Source: Bilabrum cf. latius
Taxonomy: Eukaryota
Direction of reading: 5' to 3'
NCBI GenBank assembly: GCA_965178125.1
Contig: OZ237759.1
Coordinates: 682,001 to 746,000, forward strand
DNA: 64,000 nt
The position numbers and the translations under genes are program-made. Under the pieces are notes generated by a model. It was not told the origin of the DNA, made no database searches, and saw nothing but the letters and a program-made list of their open reading frames with translations. This document shows, piece by piece, positions 27,401-38,748 of this stretch; position 1 is the stretch's first letter; each line of letters starts with the position of its first letter.

Positions 27401-28798
27401 GGCCTCTTTGCAGGGTGACTTCCTGCCCCGCGAGTTTGAGACCCTGCTTGGCGCCTTCCTGTCGGTCGCGCGGTACACGGCGGTGCCTGCCTCGCTGCCG
27501 GAGGGCCGTCTCTTCTCGTCGTGGGGCAGCACCGAGGAGCTGATCCGATCCTCATGCGGCGCCGCGCGGTTGGTTCCGCAGTTGAGGACCGTGGGTGAGG
27601 GCGAGGGCGCCATGATCGTGGTCGGCGTGCAGACACCGGAGGAGGCAGAAACGGAGCAGGAAGCAACGGCTTGGGCCGAAGTGGTCGCAAACTCAGTCAA
27701 CGCCGCACGCGGGTATGCAGACCACAGCGACGAAGACACCGGTGAATCGCAGGACGATGACGACAATGCGAAGGCTGGCAGCAGCGGAGGTAGCAGCAGC
27801 GGTACGGGCAGCGGTTCGTCCTCGTCCTCGTCTTCCTCCTCCTCCTCGTCCTCCTCCTCCTCCTCCTCTTGGCAATCCCCTTGGTCTGCATCTTCATCTT
27901 CACCGTCCACATCGCCATCTACCGCGAAATCCGGTAGCGACATAGGCAGCAGCAGCAGCGGAAATTCAAGAGGTGAGAGCAAAGGCAAGGGCAAGGGCAA
28001 GGGCAAGGGCAACGAGCAGTCCGACGAGGACTGGAGGAAGGGCAAACTGGCGGCTGCCGCCAAGGACGGGAAGAACCCAACGGCTATATGCGGGGAGCAA
28101 CCCCTACTTGACGTCCTATCTGCGACCAAGGACGCCTGTCTCGTGCTTCTCGAAGCATCTGCTCAGGCGCAGCGCTGGTCGCAGAGAAATGCTCGCCTGC
28201 AGCAGGCCGAGCAGATGCTCCGCGGCGGCAATTTCACAGAGCGCGAGAAGATGCTCGCCTGGGCCAGGCTGCCAGAGGTTCCGCAGCGCGCGGCGCCTAC
28301 ACTGCGGCAGGCGGAAGAGCTGGCGATCGACGCGCTCCGATCGACGGGCTTGATGTCTCGGGGGAGAACGTTCCCTGCGGTTCTTCCCAACGACGCGTGG
28401 TCTTCGCCGCTGTCGCCGGCCCCTAGGGGCATCGCACTGCAGCACCTCGTGGCCATGGGTCTCAGTGGAACCGACCGGCGCCGCGCGTTCCGGAACTTCC
28501 TGTCGGTGGGCGCCCCCGGGGCAGGTTCCGCAAACGTGCCGAGCCGCGGCGCCGCGCTTTCTCCCGAGGGCGGCCTCGTGTTCCCTGAGCCGGTCCCGAC
28601 CGCGCTGCCGTACGGTGTGACGAGTGGTCCCTTGTCCCTGCCCCCGCTCCCGTCTCCCTCGGCGCTGCCATCCCCCTCCCCCTCCCCCTCCAGCAAGCCC
28701 ATCGCTTAGGCGTCGGACTCTGCGCTGATGCCTGGCAGCAGCCTGGGCAGCAGCACGGGCGCGAGTGGCAGCGCCATCCGCGGCGATGTATGGGACGG

Positions 28799-28830
<32 letters not shown>

Positions 28831-31800
28831 CTGGGGGGTCGAGCTCGGCTAGCAGGTGGAACGGCTTGGAGTACGTCGCTGGCGATGACGGCGATGCGGA
28901 ATCAGCCGAGCCAGGGCCTGCGTCCACTCGTCACACGGACGCCGCCCCCTCATCCAGACACGCTGCGCACGCCGCCAAGTCTTCTCCAGCAGGCGGCTCG
29001 ATCTAGCGGGAGGAGGAAGAGGATGATGATGATGATGGGTCCAAGTTCTTTCCGGCGGGATTCGCCGGTGGTAGCGCAGGAGTTGAGGCATCGGCCGCCA
29101 GCACCGGCACTTCAAGCAAGTCCAGCACCGGCACTTCAAGCAAGTCCACAGGCAGCAGCAGCATCATGGGCGCTGGAGGTGTTCCGCAGTCGGCATTGCG
29201 CGGCGCCGCAAATTCTGGAGGCTCCGCAAGCATCTCTCGGGACATTCTGAGAAGGCAGCAGGAGCAGGAGATCAAGGAACTGACGTCACACTTCCCGGGG
29301 TTAACGCCATCGAAATCAGTTCCATCCACCACGGGTGGGTTGCCGCCGCCGTCGCCGCTCATGCCTCCGGTGCCCTCACCTGGCTCCAACGACGCGATCC
29401 CGCCTGCCGATACAACCAAATCGCGCGGCGCCGGTTCCGCAAGCAGCACTACTACTTCGACTTCGACTTCGACAGGGTCTGCGAGCAGCCCAGCCCCGAG
29501 CACACCGGGGAACAGGGACGGTGTGACGACGAGCGCAAGGGAGGCCGCCATCAAGAGCAAGGGCGCCCCCGCCAATCGAGGGGTTCTCAGGGGGGGTGAT
29601 ACGAAGTCCGGCATGAAGGGCTCAACTTAGGCATCCCCATCGGTGACAGAAACCACGGGAGGAGCAGGCGGCGAGCGCAATACACAGGGCGACCCAGCAG
29701 CAGGCCCACCGGCTGCCTCTCAACACTCGTCACACTCCCCGGGCTCCCGCAGGCTCCTCGGCCTGATGCTCCCCGAGGAGAGTGAAGGTCGGCACGCCCT
29801 GCTCGGGGAGGCCTACAGGCGATACCAGAGCCCGCACGCGCTGGCGTTCCCGCAAGACGACGCGCGGGGGGCCGGCGGTGCTGGCAGTAGTGGTGGGGAT
29901 GCAGCGGGCCTGTCGCTGCTCGGTGGACAGGCTGCCTCGGATCACTCGTCACACGTGGACCGGCCGTTGCCAGCCCTCTCTAGCTCACGATTCGGCGGCT
30001 CCGGGGCAGCAAGGCCTTCCTCCGTGTCTTCCTCCGGGGGAAGCAGCACTTCGTCTTCGTTCTCTTCGTCTCCGTGGTCATCTACTGGCGGAAGCGGATT
30101 CAGCAGCAGCACCCCAAGTTCTAGTTCCGGGAAGGCGAGCTCGGCAGGCGAGCGCAGGTAGCTGCTCGACTTGGGGTCGCAACTGGTCGCAAGCTGGCCG
30201 AGGCTTCGCAGGGAACTTTCCCTGGGGAACACCGAACAGGCCAATGACTTCACTGCGATCGTGTACGGAACCGCGGGCGCCGCGCTCGCGACCAGAATCG
30301 CCCGCGCGTTCCCGCTCGCTACAGTGGCATCAACCCACGACGATGCTCGCCTCACCGGCGCCCACACCGACCTGCTGGCCACCCTCGGGCTGCGCAACGT
30401 GGCGGTCTGCCGCTCCACGCTGACGCCCGCTCGCGCGGAGTCACTTTTGGCGGCGCAGGACCCCGTCAGGTACCAGTTTCTCGGGACTGACACCGCCACC
30501 GGCCTGCTCGCCTCCTCGTCGCAGCTGAGCGCATTCGAGGAAGCCCTCGGTTCCGTATTGCGCGGCGCCGCTACCACGTTCCTCGAGGTTCCGCAGCTGG
30601 ACCGGATCATGGCGGGGCTTTCGGCGGTGCGCGGCGCCGAGGAAGCCGCAGCGCTCGCCACGTCAGCGGGTCACCATGCGGAGGTTGCCTTCCTGCCCGT
30701 GTTCGCGCGGACCGCTCTCTCCACCCTCGCTGCGACCACGGAGATCGGATCAGAGATCGGATCACCCACGGTGGGCGTGCGTCTCGGAGCACTGGGTCCC
30801 GACGGGTCGAGCGGGCTGGAGGCCGGGGCTGGGGCGTCTGGCGCCGGGGCCGGGGCCAGGGCCGGGGTCAGCGGAACCGGGGGCGCCGCGCAAGATGCGC
30901 CTCTCAGTGCACTTACGGCCAATGAGGGGGGCATTAGCGGAACCAGCGGCGCCGCGCAGGACGCGTCGTCCTTCGTGTCGTCCCGCCACGCCGCCGCGGC
31001 CGCTGGCGGAGTGGGCACTGGGCACCTCGACCCGCGTGGCGCCGCGCATTTCGCTGCGGAACGCATGCTCCAGGTGCCCCCGTCGTCCGCAGCGGAACTC
31101 AAGGGGTTAGAGTCTCGCTACGGCAGCGAAGGCTCGGTCGGGTTCCTCAAGCGCGTGGTGGCACGGGCGGCCGTGGCGGCTGGCCTGCAAGCGGCCTCCG
31201 TGAAACTGGTCGGTTCCAGCGGAACCTCGATCGGAGGCGCCGCGCGGTCCGTGCTTCTCCGAGTGGACGCAGCCCCGTGGGCAAGGCAGCCGCCGGCCGG
31301 AGAGGCCCCCGCGGCGCCGCCGGCGGTTCCGCAAGTGGGCGAGGAGCACGTCGGTCCCGACGCGGCGCTGCCCAGGGCCGGCCTATCCCTCCATACCCTC
31401 CTGGTCCTAGGCCTGATTCCCGATGCGCGGGCCGAGCTGTTCCGGGCCTACCTCACGCTGCCGCTGCCGGAGATGGCGGCGGCAGGAAGGGCGCTGGGCC
31501 TGAAATCAGACGGGCTGATGCTCGGTCCGTGGCAGGTGCGAGCGCTCGCGGAGAGGCCGGCGCCGCGCATTGGAGCAGCGGAACCGGTCGAGGGTGCTGT
31601 TGAGTCCATGGTTCGCACCACACTGGTCGCAACCATTGGAAAGCGCGGCGCCGCGATCGGCCGCCGGTTCCGCAGCGCAGACCCAGGGACGTACTCTGAC
31701 GCCACCGCGGGCCGCGCACTCGGCGCCATCTTGCCGCAGATGACCCTTGCAGACACGGCGAGCGGGGGCGCTCCCGGCCGCTTCAGCTTTCTTGAACTCA

Positions 31801-33662
31801 TGAGTGGGGCGGGCGGGCTCAGCACGGAACTTGCAGCGAAGTTTCCCCAGGCCACCGTCATCTCGGTCGAGCCGTCCAAGAAGCTCGCCACGGCGCACTT
31901 GGCCAGGGCACAGCGACGCAACGTGACGAACGCAGCGGTGTGCCAGAGGGACGTCGACTATAGGATGGTGCGTTCTTTGTACAAATCGCCCGAAATGCTG
32001 AGGTACATGACCCTGTCCGCTGACCTGCTGGAGCTGGCAGCCGACAGGGGCGTCGACGAGGCGGGCAAGCTCGTTGGATTCGGAATCGCAACCGCGATGA
32101 CGTCATTCCTCCGCGTGCCGCCCGCCTCGCTGCTGTCCCTGGCCGTAACCACCTTCCACCACACCTACCCGGACCCGAGGTGGCTGGCACCTCCGTCGTG
32201 GGCCGCAAACAGCGGGGAAGCAGCGGGCTCCACCGCAGGTGGCAGCGGAACCGGCGCCGCGCTTCGCGCCTCGTCCGGGCACCAGCTCCCCGGCGTGGGT
32301 GACTCGGCCGCATTCGCCACCCTTGGCGGCAGCGGCGGATCCCAGCCGCTGGCTCCCCTGCAGGGTCACAGGTTCGCACTTCGGTACCACCCCCGTCCCC
32401 TCTTCCGGCAGGCGGAAGCGAGGATCATCGCGGAGCTGGCCAGGGGACCCGACGAGGCCGAGGTGGCGGTCACGCCGATCCTTGCGGTGCCTCGACTGGC
32501 TAGCCAGCCGGACGCAGCTGCCCTGTTGAGCGAGAGCGGCGGCGCGATGGGAAGCGGCTTGGTGCGCGTGGACGTGGTGGGGCTGGTTCGGAACGTCAAC
32601 CACCACTTCGAATCGGAGAAGGACGGTCACGAGCGCAAGTACACGCTGCGGGTGGGCGCCAACGCAACGGCCGTGCTGGCCCTTTCGGCGCTCTCGGGGA
32701 ACAATCAGGGAACAAGCGGGGGATCGGACCAAAAAGAGGTCGCGGCGCTCCACGCGCTCGAGGCGGCGGGGGGACCTGAGGGGGCACGGAGGGACGCGGC
32801 TGCTGCCGTGGCGCTGCTGCGGCTGCAGCCGTCCGACGCTAGCCAGGGCACTCCACCGGTGGATTCCAACGCGCAGCTGGCCCGCATGTACGGCCACTTG
32901 TCGCCGGGCAACCACCCGAGCGGCGGCGGCATCGTGTCTGTCAGGCTGACTCGGGATAAGGACGACTCGAAGATCCCTTACGTCACTGTGCAGGGCGTGA
33001 CTCTCATAACCGTCCTACGGTTGGGCCTGCTTGCACCCCTGAAGCTGCGAGCGTACCACGCTTTCGTCGGGCTGCCTCTCTTCGAGGACATGGCGCCTTG
33101 GAACATCGTGTTCCTCGGGCCCAGGCTTGACTACATCGACTTTGACACCAAGGACCACACGTACGACGCGTTCGTTCCCAAGACGTACGAGACCCTCGAG
33201 GCCCTGTTCAACTACAAGAGAACGCTCTAGGATTTCTCAAAGTGTCCCGGGAAGTCTCCGCTAGGAGGACCCTACGGATTCCTCCCCCTCATCTCAGATT
33301 GCGTGGCGTCCGATTTCGCGGGGCCATGCAAGGACGCGGACAAACCGGTCCCGTGCGGCGATGGCACCTGCCACAGCGATTTCCTATCGTGTCTCAAGGC
33401 CACTTCCGCGCTTGAGAAGATCAAGGGGCGGGCCAAAGACGCACAGGCGCTGGATGCGGCCCGCGAGGAGGCTGGCCTGAGGGGTGCCAGGGAACAAGGG
33501 AGGGGGCAGGCATGGCAGAGGATGGCGGGGATTGACCCCGATGTGGGGGCGGGGGCGGGGGCAGGGGACAGGGGCTGGCGCGGCGTGCCCATGGGCGTGG
33601 CCGGGCAGCCGTGGATGAGGGCGGGGTAGTGGACGTTTGGCGAGGCTGGGGCGCTGGAATGA
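24492..33662 (+). CDS. Large (~3,000 aa) secretory-pathway protein with three methyltransferase-like repeats and a C-terminal kinase-like motif set; exons 24492-24571 and 24716-33662
   Basis: Signal-like MTTVQIHVAALVALSLLCFEVQVSGAS, then a GTGAG...GCAG intron at 24572-24715. Nine same-frame track ORFs are linked by 9 TAGs; TGA at 33660-33662. Motifs FLELMSGAGGLSTELAAKFPQATVISVEP and EDMAPWNIVF...YIDFD. Confidence 0.8.
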
Positions 33663-33845
33663 CCTGAGAAGGGGCACTCCATTGGATTATTGGGTGCTTC
33701 TTGCCCTGGCGCTCATCGTGATGCACTTGCATCCAGTATGGATCACAAAATTATTACACTTTTTATTGGACTTCCACTTTCGATCGGAGGTCCATTCTGA
33801 GGCCTCTCGGTCGGCTAGCCGCATGTCACTCCCGTGATTTGAAGC

Positions 33846-36268
33846 TCACTGCGGTTTCCAGAAGGCCGCCATGGCCCACCGCCCCGCAGATTTGATGAGC
33901 ATGCTACCGCCCCTCGGGTTGGGAACAAGCTGCCTGGGCTTCTTCACTCCATCTACGTGCCATGCGTGGACCCCGTCGGGAGACCACTCTACCACGCGAC
34001 CCGAGCCGCTCAAGATCGCCAGCCGGGGAACAACAGTTGTGGATAGTCCCTGCTCCTCGCCATCATCCCCACCGTCACTCTTTTGCTCGATGTCCAGTTT
34101 CGGCCACCACCAGGCCGCGTCCCTCACCGGCTGCAGGCAAATGACCGCGCTTGTGATGCGCCGACCGTCGGCGTCGATCACGAACACCACTCGGGGGGTG
34201 CGTTCGTTGCGAACCGCAAGAAACCTTCCATCCGGGGACCATCGGAGCATCTCGGCCCCGTTCTTCTGCGGAACCGATTGCGCGGCGACCATCTCACCGA
34301 TGGGGTACAGTGGCTGTGGCAGTGGCACCAGATTGACCAGCGCGGGCTCATTGTGCTCCTCATCCTCGAGCAAGTGCCCGGGCAGCTGCTCCGCACTCGC
34401 CCGTGGGGTGCTCGGTTCCGCCGGGAGCGGGTCAAGCGGGTCCTTTGCGGAACCAAGAAGAGTGCGCGGCGCCAACCTCCGTGCGACGGTCGAAGGAGTT
34501 GCACCTGCCCCGCTGGAAGCAGCATCCGCCGGAGTTTGCACATCTCCTTTAGGCATGCCCTCGCTCGGCAGACCACGACTCTTTGTTCCAGTCAGACCGG
34601 CTACCCGTTTGCCCTTCGCCGTTCGTATGGTCCGCGGGGTCTTGACTGATCGGATGGTGACACCAACCTCATCCTCTTCATCCTCCTCGCGCTCCTCATC
34701 AGCTGCACCACCACTGGCAGAGCCTGCCGGCCCCGCTTTGCCCTATGCTGGACCTTCTCCTCGCCTTGGTACCGCATCATGGTCTGCTTCAGTCGCTGAC
34801 CCCTCCACTCGCTTCGATGCTGCAGTGCGATGCAGCTATGCTGGATCACCGGCAGCCGCGCCACCGCCGTCACCCCCCTCGCTAGGCAATGCAATGCAAT
34901 GCGCTGCCTCTTCCTCCGACACTTCCACGCAGCACTACGGCCCGCCCAGCTCTACGGGCATTTCAGCGTGTGAAGAGTGCGATGGGGCCGCGCATGCGGT
35001 GGTCAGGGAGGCGATGGGCAAGTCGATCTCGAAGGCCAATCCACCGGTGGCCGCGCTGAGGAACAGCAGCCTGTGATCGTAGGTTGCAACCGCCGACAGG
35101 TGTCCCAGCGGGCCTGGTTGCGCAGCCGCGGCCCTGGCCCCAAGTGTCACCGCGTCCGGGTCATCACCACCGCCACCGCCATCGTGACCCGCGGCAAGGC
35201 TTGCGACCACTTTGCCGTCAATGCGAGCGATGCATGCCTCCAACCTCTGGGCTGATCCGATCACGGTGACGTGCCTGCGATGCAGTGGTGCGGTAAAATG
35301 AATGCGATGCGTATCATGCTAGAAAAGACCCTGCAGTACATATAGTGCATCAAGCACCAAGTCGCGACGATGCAGTTTGCGCATCATAGAAGCAAGAAGA
35401 GCAAGTAATGATGAATACAATCTCACGCGTATCCTGGCCCAGCAATGATCCGAAAAGGGTCTGAAAGAGGGAGTGGGGTGCTGCATGCTCGCTCCCAATT
35501 TGACGAAGCACCTGCTCCGCTCGCCTCCCTTGCTCGCGCTGTTCTGCGAGGCCCACTATCGGATCCCGACGTTTTCAAATACAATCGTTCGCTTTGCGTG
35601 TACACCTATAACTGTAGTGGCGCATCACCGCTTCCGCCACCGCTGCTGCTGCCGCTCGACTCTGTGGCCGCGCGAGCTGCAGGCCGGCTTCGGTTGGCTG
35701 CACGCGCACTCTGACGGTGCAGCAATGCAATGGCGCCTACACTGTGGCTTTGCAAGAATGCATCGTTCTAACTCAGCGTGTACGGCATTTTAGGCTCCGG
35801 TGTGGCTACCAAGCACAGGCCGCGCGTTGCATGAACAGGAGCCCCAATCGGAGTTCGATCCCCTGTGGCGGCATCCCAAATGCTTGCGCCCATCGACAGT
35901 CCCTGCACAGACAAGAGCGCATCACTGCCATTTATTGCACTCGCTCGCTCGATGCCGGCATGGCCATCGTGCAGCTCCGCCGCGTAGCCACTGTCCCCGT
36001 GGCTCCATACATTTGCGTATTCAAAACCTTCACCAACTGAGACCAATAGCGGCACTTCTTCAGACTAGTCTACGATTGAACCCCATTTCAGACTCTTGAC
36101 GGGGTGTTTTGATGTAAATTCAGTCAATACATTGAGTGTTGAAGCGTCAATAATTCGAATTGCTTTGCGGTATGCGGTGGCAAATTTGGACCCATCCGGC
36201 GCCCAAGCCAGAACGCTGGAAGATCCAATAGCGCCTTCGAGTGACACAAAACTGAGGGCCTCAGTCAT
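33846..36268 (-). CDS. WRAP73/WDR8-like WD40-repeat protein, ~756 aa; exons 36268-35427 and 35274-33846
   Basis: LAWAPDGSKFATAYRKAIRIIDASTLNVL, ELHDGHAGI, AVATYDHRL and LRWSPDGRFLAVRNERTPRVVFVID resemble WRAP73. The 152-nt GTGAG...GCAG intron is phase-compatible. Several internal TAGs; TGA stop. Start codon uncertain. Confidence 0.72.
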
Positions 36269-36368
36269 GCCTTTCTTTGGCTGCACTTCAGCCTAGTAGG
36301 TAGAGGATGGCTTGCTCCGGATCCAGTGCAAGATGCCGAAGAGCATGCGCGCCTCATAGCTTTGTGCC

Positions 36369-37856
36369 ATGATGTCAATCTTGCCCGTGTGTATTTGGGG
36401 CGTGTTTTTGCATTCAGCCTCTGCAAAGATGCTGCAAGGGACTGTGCGAGGCTGGAACAGCTGGGACGCGGTAGGTCTCAACGGCAACGAGTCCTTTGTG
36501 TACCAGGCCGCCGACTATCTGACCGAGTCTGGCCTCCAGTCCAAAGGATATACTTGGATCACTAACGATGCTGGATGGTACGGCGCCGGGGCTCCCATTG
36601 ATCCGCTGTCCGTATCTATCGACGAGTATGGTCGCCTTCGTCCTAGCAAGGAGCGCTTTCCTTCTCTAGGCGGCAGCTTCGCACCGCTATCTAGCAACCT
36701 TAAAAAGAAAGGCTTCAAGTTTGGGCACTGGCTCATTCGAGGCATTCCTGTGCGTGCCGTGGTGGATCGCACGCCGATCAAAGGCACCAACTACACCGCT
36801 GCAGACGTTGCGCGGTTCGACCGCAACTGCACGTGGTCCGGCCTGAACGTCGGCGTAAACGCTTCTCATCCCGCTGCATAGGCGTGGTACGATTCCGTGG
36901 TGGAGCTAGCCGCGGAGAGCGGCGTGGCGCTGCTCAAGTGGGACTGTCTCTTCGCCAAGGACCTCGTCGCAGACGAGCTGCAGCTCATCGCGCGCGCCGT
37001 CCGCCGCTCCGAAGCGAGCATAGTCCTGTCTCTGAGTCCGGGGCAGGAAGAAGTCCCTTCTCTCGGGAAGTGGGTCAACGACAACGAGCTGGCCACTTTC
37101 TACCGCGTGGATGGAGACTTCTGGGACGTGGGTCCGGGGATCAATCCCGGGTGGGGCCAGCTCTGGACGCACGTGCACACCGCCTGGGCCAACGCGAACG
37201 CGGGAGTGAGGAACAACGACCTCGACATGCTCCCGATCGGGGCCATTGGCTGCGGCAGCGCCGTGCCGCCGTGCCGTCAGTCCCGTTTCCCCCTCGAGCA
37301 GCAACGCACGATCATGGCCCTGTGGGGCATCACAGGCAGCCCCCTCATCTGGGGAGGGGTACCCGAGGCGGTTGCAACCTCAAACGAGACACTCGAGCTG
37401 CTGGGGAACGAGGAGCTGCTTAGGATGCACGAGGCCTCCGCTGGCGGCGAGGGGGGTCTCCTGGCCCTCGCCTTTCCGGAGCAAGTGCTCTAGGCTGGTG
37501 AGCAGGCGAGCCCTGTGATCGTCGGCAACGGGCACTACTCGCTAAAGGCAGTCAACGTTACGGTGACCGGATCGGATGGTGTGACGAGTGGCGATGAGGG
37601 CCGTCAGGACACGGCCGCGTTCGTGCTGTTCGCCAGATCCTCCCAGCCGGCGTGGGTGCTGGTGAGCAGCGGCCGCGCTGGTGCTGTCGAGTATGAAGCC
37701 AGCTGGTCGCAGCTTGGCATTGAGGTTGCAACCGGTGCGTGCGCTAAGGTGTCGAGCATCTGGAGCGGGCATGCATCCAAGCGGCAATGCAGTAAGCTGA
37801 GCGGGACCGTGGCGCCCTACGCGAGCGCAGCTCTGCGGCTGGACTTGAAGGCATGA
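36369..37856 (+). CDS. Secreted glycoside hydrolase family 27 (alpha-galactosidase-like), ~495 aa
   Basis: Signal peptide; RGWNSWD, ITNDAGWY, DEYGRLRPSKERFPS, KFGHWLIRGIP, HPAA(TAG)AWYDS, LLKWDC, SIVLSLSPG, YRVDGDFWD, NDLDMLPIG, SPLIWGG. TAG at 36879 and 37491; TGA at 37854-37856. Confidence 0.93.
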
Positions 37857-38748
37857 TCCCCCATAGTCTTTCAGAGACTTCATATCTACACCTGATTCAT
37901 TGCACACGCATGAACCTAAAGAAAAATTCCTGCCCCCGGTCCCGCAGACCGACTGGGCTTCAACCCGAACGGTTTACCAGCCCACATGAATGCGGTATTC
38001 CTCTGATGCTACGAACGTGCACACCACTTTCTAACTGCACGTTGACTGGCCTCGCCGCTGCATGGCCTCCAGTCCCTGCTCCCCGCCCCGGGATCCGTGT
38101 GCTTTGCTCTATGCATGGCCACCTTGGTCCCATCCTCTCCTCCGATTGCACACACAGGTCCTGGCCGACCTACCGTGCGCCCCGTCCATCCACCCGCCTC
38201 GTGGCCTCATCTACGCGCTGCTGGCCATCCAAGGCACTATCGTCGCCTGTGCCGGTGTGTCCCTCTTCCTCTCCACCTCCTGTCCGTCTGTGACCGCCTC
38301 GACTTCTGGCTCATCTCTGCTCCCTGTCGCTTCAATCGCGATGTCCAAGTACGTTTATGAATTTGATGGATCTAGAGGCTGGGCCAGGCTCACTTCGTTG
38401 CTGCAGAGCATGGCGGTGACGGGAGCTCCACTCAGGCTGTGCCAGTGGTGTGGTCCGGGGTGGTAACGAGTGTGGGGAGAGGTGAGGGTTATTGTGAGAT
38501 TTCGACGACCTGAATTCACTCTGGATTCCCAACTCCCCCAAAGTCAATTCCTTCACTCGTCACGTATTTGCTTTTCACCCACACATGTAGTCTAGCTAGC
38601 TCCGCTGGTTCCGCTGCCAGAAGGTGCGCAAGCAGTAGGCTAATTTGGGCTTGAACCGATTTTCCTTTTCACACAGCAGAAAGGGTCGGTGCATCTGTAT
38701 TGTAGTATTTTGAATACTCCATTTTGCTGGTGCGTGTCCTGGTGGGAC

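Noticed and set aside
37860-38740. Possible small gene between GH27 and the NOX-like gene
   Set aside because: Only short frames without recognisable motifs or a convincing start; I cannot support a call.
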